DNA from: Candidatus Nanopusillus sp.
GTDB lineage: Archaea > Nanobdellota > Nanobdellia > Nanobdellales > Nanobdellaceae
Length of the DNA stretch: 32,000 bases
Assembly (NCBI GenBank): GCA_028275885.1
Contig: JAPWTW010000003.1
Coordinates: 1 to 32,000, forward strand
Direction of reading: 5' to 3'
The notes below the pieces were generated by a model. The model saw nothing but the letters and a program-made list of their open reading frames with translations. It ran no database searches and was not told the origin of the DNA. The translations under genes were made by a program, and so were the position numbers. Shown here piece after piece: positions 1 through 8,418 of the stretch (positions are counted from its first letter, which is position 1; each line of letters opens with the position of its first letter).

Positions 1-784
1 CTCCTAAATCTTGAGTATAATTATCTGGAGAGAAATCTAAATCTTTATCATACTCTTTTGTTGATCTTTCATGTAACATCAATATTCCAGTCAGTATTAA
101 TATATTTCCAAATATATTTAATGTATCCTTATTTTTTTCCAATTCTCTTTTAATTAAACTTCTAGCCATTCCTGTATTTAATACATTACTCATTTTTCCA
201 CCCATTCTACTAAATAAATTCATAGCAAAATTAATTAAACTCTCAATAACTTCTTCAGACATTTGATACTTATTAACTAATTCATTAATTGAAAATAAAT
301 TATTTAAATCATTTTCATTATATCTAACAATCTTTTTTCTTTCATTTTTATCTTTTAATTTTTTCAAAAATTCATCTACTTCTTTTTTATATTTTTCATA
401 ATCTTCCTTAAATTTTTTCTTATTTTCTTCAGATAATAATATTTCATACATTGTAGAATTCTGATTAATTATTTTCTTTAATTTATCAAATATCTTATTT
501 TTATTTACAAAATCTTCAAATGAATTATAATTTTTATCTTTTACATCCTTTAATTTTACCATTTGGAATAATAATACTAAACTTTTTAAAGAAAAATATA
601 GTGATTGTTCTAAATAATATATTGTCAAATTATAATTCTTCTTATTATATAAATCATATGAATCTGATAAGTTTTTCTTAGCATTTTCTATCAATTCCTT
701 TGAATATTCTATATTTTCCTGAGGTACTTTCTTAAATAAATTAAAACCAGTCATTAATTTTGCAAGATCAAATATACCAACCAT
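1..784 (-). CDS. Hypothetical protein, N-terminal 261 codons only (gene runs off the left edge); HEPN-like helical domain suspected
   Basis: My own minus-strand translation from ATG 784..782 stays open to position 2 (MVGIFDLAKLMTGFNLFKKVPQENIEYSKELIENAKKNLSDSYDLYNKKNYNLTIYYLEQSLYFSLKSL...LMLHERSTKEYDKDLDFSPDNYTQDLG). It is missing from the ORF track because it is edge-truncated. The first segment resembles the opening HEPN helices, and the last resembles the HEPN h..RYp....P..Yt.e.a segment. Function is a by-eye guess. Confidence 0.55.
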   Translation of the reverse strand, partial: MVGIFDLAKLMTGFNLFKKVPQENIEYSKELIENAKKNLSDSYDLYNKKNYNLTIYYLEQSLYFSLKSLVLLFQMVKLKDVKDKNYNSFEDFVNKNKIFDKLKKIINQNSTMYEILLSEENKKKFKEDYEKYKKEVDEFLKKLKDKNERKKIVRYNENDLNNLFSINELVNKYQMSEEVIESLINFAMNLFSRMGGKMSNVLNTGMARSLIKRELEKNKDTLNIFGNILILTGILMLHERSTKEYDKDLDFSPDNYTQDLG

Positions 785-799
785 TATTTTAATATGAAA

Positions 800-2008
800 T
801 TAAGGTTTAAGAATTTCTAACAGTATTTTTGCATCATTTATTATATCATTTATATTTATATATTCATTTGGCATATGCGCACTTTCATTATATGTACTCC
901 ATACAATTGAATTCAAACCTTTTTCTCTTAAATATTTTGCATATGTTCCTCCTCCAATACCAACTAATCTTGGTTCATTATTTTTATATTTTCTAATTGC
1001 TTCTCTTAATTCATTTAAAAATTCATTATTATCAATATTTTCTAATATTGATGGATAATCTTTATTTACAATTTCAATATTAACTTTACAATTATAATTT
1101 CTTTCAAATTCTTTACATATATATTCTATTGTTTGATATACTTCATCTAAATTATAATCTGGCAATATTCTACAATCATAATAAAATGTAAATTCTCCAG
1201 GTATTGTATTTACATTATCTACATTTTTCTCAACTTTTGTTGGTTCAAATGTACTTTTGGAAGGATTAAATAAATTATTTTCTTTATCATATTTTTCATG
1301 TAAAGAATCATATAATTGTAAAATTAACATAGATCCTAATTTTGTTGAATTAATACCTAAATCAGGAGTACTCGCATGTGCCTGTTTTCCAATAACCTTA
1401 AATTTTATCCATAATATTCCTTTCTCAGCAACTTCAATATCTAATCCATCAGAACTTCCTGCATCAGGTATTAAAATCCAATCATCCTTTTTAAATAAAT
1501 TTGAGTCTTTTTCCAAAATATATTTTAATCCATATTTACTTCCAGTTTCTCCATCTGAAGCCAATATTAATCCATAATTATATTTAGGTAGAATATTATT
1601 ATCTTTAAAATATTTTGCTAATAATATTCCTAAAACAATTCCATTTCCATTATCTAAAACTCCTCTTCCGTATATTTTATTACCTTCAACTGTAACATTA
1701 AATGGATCATATTTCCATAGATTTAAACTTCCCTCTGGTACAGTATCAATATGTGCAATTATCCAAAATGTTCTTTCCTTATTTTTTCCATATTTTATTG
1801 CAATAATATTTGGTCTTGATTTTTCTTTTATCCTTTCGTCAGGCGCTTCGATTATTTTAATTTCATCAAATAAATCTTTTACAATATTATATAATACTTT
1901 TGCCCTTTCCCATTCACCTTCTCCATTATTTTCTGGCCCAATAGATTTAATTGGTATAAATTTCTTATATAAATCTATTATATAATCTCTATATTCTTCT
2001 ATATTCAT
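800..2008 (-). CDS. M20-family metallopeptidase / deacylase (ArgE/DapE/carboxypeptidase-like)
   Basis: M20 signatures are present: WIIAHIDTVP (His ligand), YGRGVLDNGNG (bridging Asp), GKQAHASTPDLGINS, and C-terminal ESAHMPNEY. The track start at 2017 is TTG; the first ATG is at 2008 (MNIEEYRDY). The DEE motif reads DGE (see findings). Confidence 0.85.
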   Translation of the reverse strand: MNIEEYRDYIIDLYKKFIPIKSIGPENNGEGEWERAKVLYNIVKDLFDEIKIIEAPDERIKEKSRPNIIAIKYGKNKERTFWIIAHIDTVPEGSLNLWKYDPFNVTVEGNKIYGRGVLDNGNGIVLGILLAKYFKDNNILPKYNYGLILASDGETGSKYGLKYILEKDSNLFKKDDWILIPDAGSSDGLDIEVAEKGILWIKFKVIGKQAHASTPDLGINSTKLGSMLILQLYDSLHEKYDKENNLFNPSKSTFEPTKVEKNVDNVNTIPGEFTFYYDCRILPDYNLDEVYQTIEYICKEFERNYNCKVNIEIVNKDYPSILENIDNNEFLNELREAIRKYKNNEPRLVGIGGGTYAKYLREKGLNSIVWSTYNESAHMPNEYININDIINDAKILLEILKP

Positions 2009-2034
2009 AAATAACAAATATTCAATATATTTAT

Positions 2035-2610
2035 ATGAGTGTTATAAATGGGGAAGATGCAAAAAAATTTGTAAAAGAATATGTAAAAGTAAATCCTGCA
2101 GGAATTGATATAAAACCTAAAAAAATATATAAAATACCAGTCAAAAAAATAAAATATATATTAATTGATAAAGATAAGAGAGGATATTTCGTTAATTATA
2201 ATTTAGATTATGAAGATCTATTAGAAATTGCAATTAATGAAAATAAAAGAAAGGAATTATTAGAAAATTTGTTTAAGAAAATTCCTGATGCATTTATTGA
2301 GATAAAACCAAAAAATGATTATTGGATATTAAATAAAGGATTATACTATATAGTATTTCCTGAAGTTGAAATTCCAAATGATATGATTGCAATAGCATTG
2401 CCAAGATCTACATTTAATAGATTAGGAATATTAAAATTTGAAAGTGCATTATTTGATCCTGGATATAAAGGAGAATTTACTCAAACATATTATTTTCCAA
2501 TTAAAGCAAAAATAAATATAAATGAAGCATGGATACAATTAATATTTATTAAATTGGAAAAAGAATCAAAAGAAACATATAAAGGATATTGGTATGGAGA
2601 GAAATATTGA
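2035..2610 (+). CDS. dut: dUTP diphosphatase of the archaeal MJ1102-like dCTP deaminase/dUTPase superfamily
   Basis: AGIDIKPKKIYKI, ALPRSTFNRLGIL, FDPGYKGEF, AWIQLIFIK and the terminal YKGYWYGEKY match the GIDLRV / PRSSLLRxG / DPGYxG / IAQxVF / YxGxYxG blocks of archaeal dUTPases. There is an extra helical segment of about 30 aa between the first two blocks. Confidence 0.75.
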   Translation: MSVINGEDAKKFVKEYVKVNPAGIDIKPKKIYKIPVKKIKYILIDKDKRGYFVNYNLDYEDLLEIAINENKRKELLENLFKKIPDAFIEIKPKNDYWILNKGLYYIVFPEVEIPNDMIAIALPRSTFNRLGILKFESALFDPGYKGEFTQTYYFPIKAKININEAWIQLIFIKLEKESKETYKGYWYGEKY

Positions 2611-2800
2611 AAAATTTAATAATTTACTATATTTTTCTTTATTTTCAATATATTATAATTCTATTAGTCTTATTCTATATTTAATTATTTATTATAATCC
2701 AATACTATTATCCAATCATTTATACAATATTATTTTCTTATTAATTCCAATTTCTTTATTTTTAATATCTATAATAATATATTTAAATTTTATATATTAA
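2594..2800 (+). CDS. Possible small two-helix membrane protein (68 aa)
   Basis: ATG ORF overlapping the dut 3' end by 17 nt, with two long hydrophobic stretches. There is no homology signal. In DNA this AT-rich, I/L/F/Y-rich ORFs arise easily by chance. Confidence 0.25.
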   Translation: MERNIEKFNNLLYFSLFSIYYNSISLILYLIIYYNPILLSNHLYNIIFLLIPISLFLISIIIYLNFIY

Positions 2801-2929
2801 TCAATATATCAAAAATTTTCTCATTTTTTATAGCACAATTTTGGGAATATAAAATCTTTATTTCAATTTATTCAATGATTTTATTTGTTATTATGTATAA
2901 AAATATTTATATTTTAATAAAAAAGTACT

Positions 2930-3058
2930 CTACTTATTATATTTCTTAAATAAATCAAATATTTCTGGCGGTACTACAATTATTTTTGTATTTTGGCTAC
3001 TTCTTAACATTTCCAAAAACCTTAATACTATACCATAATCGCTTTTGGACAATATTTC
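2930..3058 (-). other. Out-of-frame continuation of the stomatin gene (42 codons plus TAG) encoding the conserved stomatin C-terminal tail
   Basis: Minus-strand translation starting at GAA 3058..3056 gives EILSKSDYGIVLRFLEMLRSSQNTKIIVVPPEIFDLFKKYNK*. This matches the usual stomatin tail pattern (AAEIL...ALQLRYLQTL...N.TIIFP.P). It is reached from the annotated frame by a -1 shift after ...YKKAA (GCC GCG at 3063..3058). Confidence 0.7.
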
Positions 3059-3672
3059 GCGGCTTTCTTATAGTTTTCTGCAGCTTGTAATTCACCTTGT
3101 GATTCTATAACTTTTGCCTGTGCCAACCTTTCTGCAATTGCTCTTTGAGTCAATGCAGATAGTATTTCTTGAGGAACAATTATATCCTGTATTTTTATTG
3201 CTATAATATCTACCCCCCATTCTCCAATTTCCTTCTGAATTATATCTCTTAATTCTATTCCAATTTCTTCTCTTTTCTGTAATATGTCATTTAAATTATA
3301 TTTTCCAAATATATCCCTTAAATTTGTTTGCGCATAATTTAATATTGCTTTATTTAAATCTCTTATATTCATTATAACTTTCCCAGGATCTATTATTCTG
3401 TAAAATACAGTACTCCTTACAGTAATATTTATATTATCTGCAGTTAATAAAATTTGCTCTGGCAACTCATAATTTATAATCCTCATATCTACTTTAATCA
3501 ATTTTTGAAAGCCTGGTAAAATGTATATTAAACCACCAGAAAGGACTCCAGAATAATATCCTAATGTAAATATTACTGCCTTTTCATAATTATATATTAT
3601 TCTTATTCCTGTCAATGTATATATTAATAGAAATGCTCCAAATACTATTCCCAATATTCCAAGAAACTTCAT
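3028..3672 (-). CDS. SPFH/Band-7 domain protein (stomatin/prohibitin homologue), apparently frameshifted near its 3' end
   Basis: N-terminal TM helix followed by a full SPFH domain (YEKAVIFTLG, ILPGFQKLIKVDMR, TADNINITV, FYRIIDP, LRDIFG, GVDIIAIKIQDI, AERLAQAKVIESQGELQAAE). The track start at 3693 is TTG; the first ATG at 3672 (MKFLGIL) has a TTTTTATA element about 28 nt upstream. The reading frame ends at 3028, but the conserved tail continues in another frame (next feature). Confidence 0.9.
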   Translation of the reverse strand: MKFLGILGIVFGAFLLIYTLTGIRIIYNYEKAVIFTLGYYSGVLSGGLIYILPGFQKLIKVDMRIINYELPEQILLTADNINITVRSTVFYRIIDPGKVIMNIRDLNKAILNYAQTNLRDIFGKYNLNDILQKREEIGIELRDIIQKEIGEWGVDIIAIKIQDIIVPQEILSALTQRAIAERLAQAKVIESQGELQAAENYKKAAKYCPKAIMV

Positions 3673-3792
3673 TAACAAAAATGACACTAACAATAGTATA
3701 AAAAATATCCCTCATTGTCTCATATTGCTGTATTCTTCCATATTTGGAATTTTCTAATTTTGCTTAAAAACTTTATTTTAAAATATTCAATT

Positions 3793-4047
3793 ATGAGCAA
3801 AGATGATAAAAGATTAAAAGAAATAGAAAATATATATAAATCAATATTACCATTTCTTACAAAAGAAGCAATTGATAGATTATCAAATATAAAAGTTGTA
3901 TATCCAGAAAAATTCATACAAGTTGTTCTTATTTTACATCAATATATACAAGCTGGTAAGATAAAAAAGATAGATGATGAATTATTAAAAAATATATTGT
4001 CAAGATTATCTGAAAGGAGAGAACCAAAAATAAAATTTATACATTAA
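3793..4047 (+). CDS. PDCD5/TFAR19-like dsDNA-binding protein (MTH1615 family)
   Basis: 84 aa: MSKDDKRLKEIENIYKSILPFLTKEAIDRLSNIKVVYPEKFIQVVLILHQYIQAGKIKKIDDELLKNILSRL. This fits the family pattern (ARxRLxxIxlvxPExAxxVExxLixlaxxGxixxxIxdxxLxxIL). The track start at 3715 is a TTG extension; the first ATG is 3793. Confidence 0.75.
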   Translation: MSKDDKRLKEIENIYKSILPFLTKEAIDRLSNIKVVYPEKFIQVVLILHQYIQAGKIKKIDDELLKNILSRLSERREPKIKFIH

Positions 4048-5162
4048 CTTAATATTTTCTCAGGATGTTCTAATTTATCTGGCAAATATTTATCTGCAAC
4101 AAATTCTAATGAATTTGCTGCTAATGCATCCTGTTCAACTTTTATTCCATAATCTAACATTTTTCTAAATTGTCTTTGCCATTCTTTGGATTTTTTAAAC
4201 CAAGGATAATTAGCTATTTCATTTATTCTTTTTATATCCCTTTGATTTAGCTTTATTACTGCTCCTTTTTTTCTTAAATCATATTCATCTACATCATCAA
4301 TTGTCATTCCTATGAATTTAACGTCTGGGGTAGCTAATAATTCAGAAAATTGTGATAAATTCATAGATCCTCTTTTAATTACAGAATATATATAGAATCC
4401 CCATGGGTCGCCATCTGTAAATACATAAACTGGTAAATTTTTTTCTTTTCTTAATCTATGAATTAATCTTCTAACACCTCTTGGAGGTTGACCTTTACTA
4501 GTAATTAATATTGCACCTTGTTTTTCTGGAAATCTTTCTTCAATTAATCTATCAAACATTGCTTCTTTCTCAACTACTAAAACAAAATCAGCATTTACAT
4601 CTCCAATTTCTATATCTTCAATTGTTGATGGAATACTCCATCCACCTCTTCCCAATTTTGAACAATTCCATTCATCACCTCTCTTTTTATCCCTTAAATA
4701 TATATCTCCATATATTGCACCTCTTCCTTCAGCTTTTATATGAAATTGTTCTCTTATTGCTTTTATTGCTCTTTCTAGATCTTCAATTACTGCATCTGAT
4801 TCTTCTTGTTCTTCTATTGTATTTACATTTAGTATTGGTATTGTATGTTTTAATTGATAATAAACTTCTCTTAAGCTTGCAGTTTTATCATTTTCTACCA
4901 ATTTTTTTGCTAAAGAAGCAACCAATAATGTTTGCATAAATCTTCTTACATGACCTAAATTAAAGAATTCTCTAGACCCTATTTTCTCTTTTAAAGTAAT
5001 TATATCTCTTTTTTCATCATATTCAATATTTTTTATATTACCTCTTACAGCAAGCTTTATTGATGGATTTCCAGATTGAAATTCATTATAAATTTCTTCA
5101 GCCAATTTTTTTATTCTATTTAAAACTTCCTCTTTAGATAATTTTTCTATATATTGGACCAT
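4044..5162 (-). CDS. top6A: DNA topoisomerase VI subunit A (Spo11-like)
   Basis: Winged-helix region with the catalytic Tyr context (LREVYYQLKH) and a Toprim domain (FVLVVEKEAMFDRL, VYVFTDGDPWGFYIYS). It lies directly downstream of top6B, the canonical B-A order. Confidence 0.95.
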   Translation of the reverse strand: MVQYIEKLSKEEVLNRIKKLAEEIYNEFQSGNPSIKLAVRGNIKNIEYDEKRDIITLKEKIGSREFFNLGHVRRFMQTLLVASLAKKLVENDKTASLREVYYQLKHTIPILNVNTIEEQEESDAVIEDLERAIKAIREQFHIKAEGRGAIYGDIYLRDKKRGDEWNCSKLGRGGWSIPSTIEDIEIGDVNADFVLVVEKEAMFDRLIEERFPEKQGAILITSKGQPPRGVRRLIHRLRKEKNLPVYVFTDGDPWGFYIYSVIKRGSMNLSQFSELLATPDVKFIGMTIDDVDEYDLRKKGAVIKLNQRDIKRINEIANYPWFKKSKEWQRQFRKMLDYGIKVEQDALAANSLEFVADKYLPDKLEHPEKILS

Positions 5163-5178
5163 TTTATTTTATTATAAG

Positions 5179-6921
5179 TTAATTTAATAAGCTCAACTTA
5201 TTCTTTTTAACATCATTTATTACTTCTATTATTATGTTTTCTAATTCTTTTTCACTTAGTAGATTAATTTTTACCGTATCTTTTAACATATTTTTAATTA
5301 ATGTTACTGCTCTATCTTCTTTTCCTTCTTTTAATAAATTTTTTACTTCCTTAACAGATTTTAATATTTCATATATATCATTTACTAATTCCTTCTTTAT
5401 TCTTTCCTTTACCCTTTCTTCTACTTTTTCCTTTTCAATATCTAATATAGAGCTTAGAGAATCTATAACTTCTAATCCATATCCATATAAATTTTTATAT
5501 TTATCACCAATTGTTTCTAAAGCCCTCTTTTTCTTAATATATATTGATAATTCTCTTAATGCATTTTTAATTCCCAATTCAATTTCCTTTACTATTTCAT
5601 CATACGGTGCAATTGCTTCTTTTGATTCTGAAGTAAATGGTAACCAAACAGATGCAACATGTACTAATATTGCCATTGGATCTTTTGGAAATTCTCCTTC
5701 AACTTCAAATCCATAATGTTTCCAATTAATTTCTTTTAAAGCATGTGTTATTGCATCTTCTCCTGGTTTATACAATAATGGTACTCTATTTGCAAATCTA
5801 TAATATTGAAATTCTGTTATTTCTCCACCATATGCAATTCCAACTTCTACTATAAATGGTATACCTCTGTATAATTTTGGCTTTCTTTTTATCGCAACCA
5901 TATATTCTGGCTTAAGTATATTTTCCATACTCTTTAATATAATATCTCTACCAAGTGTTATAATATATTTTGACGGTATTGCTCTTAATTTTGCATTTTG
6001 CAATGCATTATATAATTTTATAATCTGATCGTCATCCAAATTCTTTGGATCTGTATTTGGATCTAATTTTGCTTTTTTTAGTACTTCCATTGCAGTATTC
6101 TGTCCTACAGATGAAAATGTTTTAGTTAAAAAATTTAATAATGTTTTTTCATTTGTTTCTCTTATTAATCTTTCAAAATACCCTATTTCAATACCATAAG
6201 GATGAGGTCTTACTTCTTTTAGCTCCGGTATCTCATTTATTATTCTTTTATAAACAAATTTCTCTCCATCTGGATTTTTATAAGTTATATTAGCATGTGG
6301 ATTTATCATTGCAGTTAATCTAATATATTCGTCGACAGATTGTTTACCTTTTACATATTGACCTACTATTTTTGCCTTTACAATTGTTCCACTTTCTTTT
6401 TTTATTTCAATTTCTTCCTTTTCTAAAATTATTGGAGTATTTGTTTTTACATCAATCTTTATTTTATATTTTATCCCCTTTTCTTTATTTTTTATTTTCG
6501 TAATAATTTCTACAGGTTCTTTTGTTGTAAGTTGTGAATATAAAGTAACTGCTGAGGCTCCAATACCCTGTTTTCCTCTTGTTGATATAAATCTATGAAA
6601 TTTTGAACCAAATAGAAAGCTACCAAATATTTCTGGAACACTTTCATACGGTATACCGGGCCCATTATCTTCTACAATTACTTTATAAACATCATTTTCT
6701 AATCTATTTATTTCAACCTTTATATCTGGAAGTATTTTATATTCTTCACATGCATCCAAAGAATTATCAACATATTCTTTTACTGCAATTAGTAGTGCTT
6801 TTCTAGGACTATCAAATCCTAATAGATGTCTATTCCTTTCAAAGAATTCCGCTACAGATATTCTTTTAAACTTTTTATATAGCTCAATTTCCTGAATACT
6901 TTGCTTACTTTTTTCTTTCAT
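5179..6921 (-). CDS. top6B: DNA topoisomerase VI subunit B (GHKL ATPase)
   Basis: Bergerat-fold motifs are present: [38 protein letters not shown]. The transducer domain follows. There is a 16-bp gap to top6A. Confidence 0.95.
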   Translation of the reverse strand: MKEKSKQSIQEIELYKKFKRISVAEFFERNRHLLGFDSPRKALLIAVKEYVDNSLDACEEYKILPDIKVEINRLENDVYKVIVEDNGPGIPYESVPEIFGSFLFGSKFHRFISTRGKQGIGASAVTLYSQLTTKEPVEIITKIKNKEKGIKYKIKIDVKTNTPIILEKEEIEIKKESGTIVKAKIVGQYVKGKQSVDEYIRLTAMINPHANITYKNPDGEKFVYKRIINEIPELKEVRPHPYGIEIGYFERLIRETNEKTLLNFLTKTFSSVGQNTAMEVLKKAKLDPNTDPKNLDDDQIIKLYNALQNAKLRAIPSKYIITLGRDIILKSMENILKPEYMVAIKRKPKLYRGIPFIVEVGIAYGGEITEFQYYRFANRVPLLYKPGEDAITHALKEINWKHYGFEVEGEFPKDPMAILVHVASVWLPFTSESKEAIAPYDEIVKEIELGIKNALRELSIYIKKKRALETIGDKYKNLYGYGLEVIDSLSSILDIEKEKVEERVKERIKKELVNDIYEILKSVKEVKNLLKEGKEDRAVTLIKNMLKDTVKINLLSEKELENIIIEVINDVKKNKLSLLN

Positions 6922-6953
6922 TTAAAAAATATCTATTTTAATATTTTAAAATG

Positions 6954-7475
6954 TTATTTAACATATCTTGCAAATTCTTTATCTTTATTCTTTAAATCTT
7001 TTATGTACTTATCCAAATAATTGAATACTGTACTATGTTTTTCCCCTTTTATTATCCTTTTTATTCCTTCATATGCAGATTGTAAAGAAATATTGTCTCC
7101 AAGTATATATACATATTTATCTTTAATAATTATATCAGCATTTGTCCTTTTTCTCAATTCTTCTAATATTTTTCCCTCTTCTCCAATAATTCTTCCTTTT
7201 ATCCTAATTATATGGTTTATTTTCTTTTCAAATACTTGTTTTAAATCAATTTCTAATATATCCCAGTCATTATCTAATATATTTAATAATTTTTTAATAT
7301 CAAAACCTGCTTTTAATCCTTTTATAAATTTATCAAATTTATATAAGAAATAGAAGTCCTCATAATAGATAATTACTTTATTTTTATTTCTACTATATTT
7401 TATATTTCTTTCTTTCAATAAATTTTCAAGTTCATTTACTTTTATATCTTTTATATCAAACTCATATGTATACAT
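6954..7475 (-). CDS. KH-domain RNA-binding protein, archaeal Dim2/Pno1-like
   Basis: IIRIKGRIIGEEGKILEELRKRTNADIIIKDKYVYILGD...AYEGIKRIIKGEKHSTVFNYL matches the aDim2 second KH domain (kGRiIGexG...G.h..vy..Le). The track start at 7508 is TTG; the first ATG is 7475. Confidence 0.7.
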   Translation of the reverse strand: MYTYEFDIKDIKVNELENLLKERNIKYSRNKNKVIIYYEDFYFLYKFDKFIKGLKAGFDIKKLLNILDNDWDILEIDLKQVFEKKINHIIRIKGRIIGEEGKILEELRKRTNADIIIKDKYVYILGDNISLQSAYEGIKRIIKGEKHSTVFNYLDKYIKDLKNKDKEFARYVK

Positions 7476-7500
7476 AAAAATATATATATTGCAAAAATTT

Positions 7501-8361
7501 TTATACAATTATTCGACTTAAAACATCTAAATTTAATTCTCTATTTATTTTATAAAATGGTTGTACTTTTAATCCTTCATGCAATGTAATTCTGAATCCT
7601 TTATAAAATATACCAACAGGAATTTTTGCATCTTCTCTTAATGTATAATCATATTCTAAAGCCTTTTTTAATGCCTCATCAAAATTTGTCGGATCATGTC
7701 CAATATCTTCTAATTTATACATATGTGTTTCATAATATTTTCTTGTATCATGCTGAACAATACATGGTTGAATTATATCTACAAAGGCAAATCCTTTATG
7801 CAATATTGCTTCTTTCATTATATATTTTAAGTGATCTATCCATAATGCATATCCTCTAGCAACAAATGTAGCACCAGATACTAATGCCAATGCAATAGGA
7901 TTTAATGGTTTTTCAAATACTTTCATACCTAAAGATTTTGAATAAAATCCTTCTTCTGTTGTAAATGTATGTTGAGCAGTTGTTAATGCAAATACTTGAT
8001 TATTATGAACAAATAACTTTACATCTGCATTTTCTTTACATGAAGAAACAAAATGGTCTATTCCTTCATTATATGTATCTCCATCTCCTTGAAATACTAA
8101 AACAATTAATTCTGGATTTCCCATCTTTATTCCAATTCCCAATGGTAATGCTCTTCCATGTAATCCATTAAAAGAACTTAAATTTAGATAATTATGTATC
8201 TTTCCTGCACATCCAATTCCTGATGTAAATACAATTTTCCTTCTATCAATTTTTCCTTCAGATTCTAACTCTTTTAAAGTAGAAATTATTGCTGTATATA
8301 TACCAAAGTTTGTACATCCAGGACACCATGTAATTTGATAACTAGTCCTTAAATCTTCCAT
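7501..8361 (-). CDS. 2-oxoacid:ferredoxin oxidoreductase, beta (TPP-binding) subunit
   Basis: ITWCPGCTNFGI, SGIGCAG, GLHGRALPLGIGIK and VFQGDGDTYNEG (TPP/Mg GDGD motif). The track start at 8382 is TTG; the first ATG is 8361 (MEDLRTSYQITWCPGC). Confidence 0.9.
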   Translation of the reverse strand: MEDLRTSYQITWCPGCTNFGIYTAIISTLKELESEGKIDRRKIVFTSGIGCAGKIHNYLNLSSFNGLHGRALPLGIGIKMGNPELIVLVFQGDGDTYNEGIDHFVSSCKENADVKLFVHNNQVFALTTAQHTFTTEEGFYSKSLGMKVFEKPLNPIALALVSGATFVARGYALWIDHLKYIMKEAILHKGFAFVDIIQPCIVQHDTRKYYETHMYKLEDIGHDPTNFDEALKKALEYDYTLREDAKIPVGIFYKGFRITLHEGLKVQPFYKINRELNLDVLSRIIV

Positions 8362-8418
8362 AATATAAATAATATATACCAAAAAATAAAAGATTAAAGA
8401 TTAACTAAAAAGTGGAAA

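Noticed and set aside
3673-3792. N-terminal extensions of track ORFs (3693 and 3715 here; also 2017, 7508, 8382)
   Set aside because: Each extended start is a TTG codon followed within 4-26 codons by an ATG that yields a more typical N-terminus. I used the ATG starts.
3970-4015. C/D-box sRNA (GATGATGA followed by CTGA about 30 nt later); other TGATGA occurrences scanned on both strands
   Set aside because: All candidate C boxes lie inside coding sequence. They lack a properly spaced terminal D box and terminal stem, and such short motifs are expected by chance.
4511-4939. 142-aa plus-strand ORF antisense to top6A
   Set aside because: It lies wholly inside a confidently identified gene on the other strand and gives a low-complexity L/H/Q-rich translation. 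The same reasoning applies to track ORFs 1257..1577, 3720..3917, 5234..5716, 6603..6806, 7021..7353, 7626..7859 and 7965..8171.
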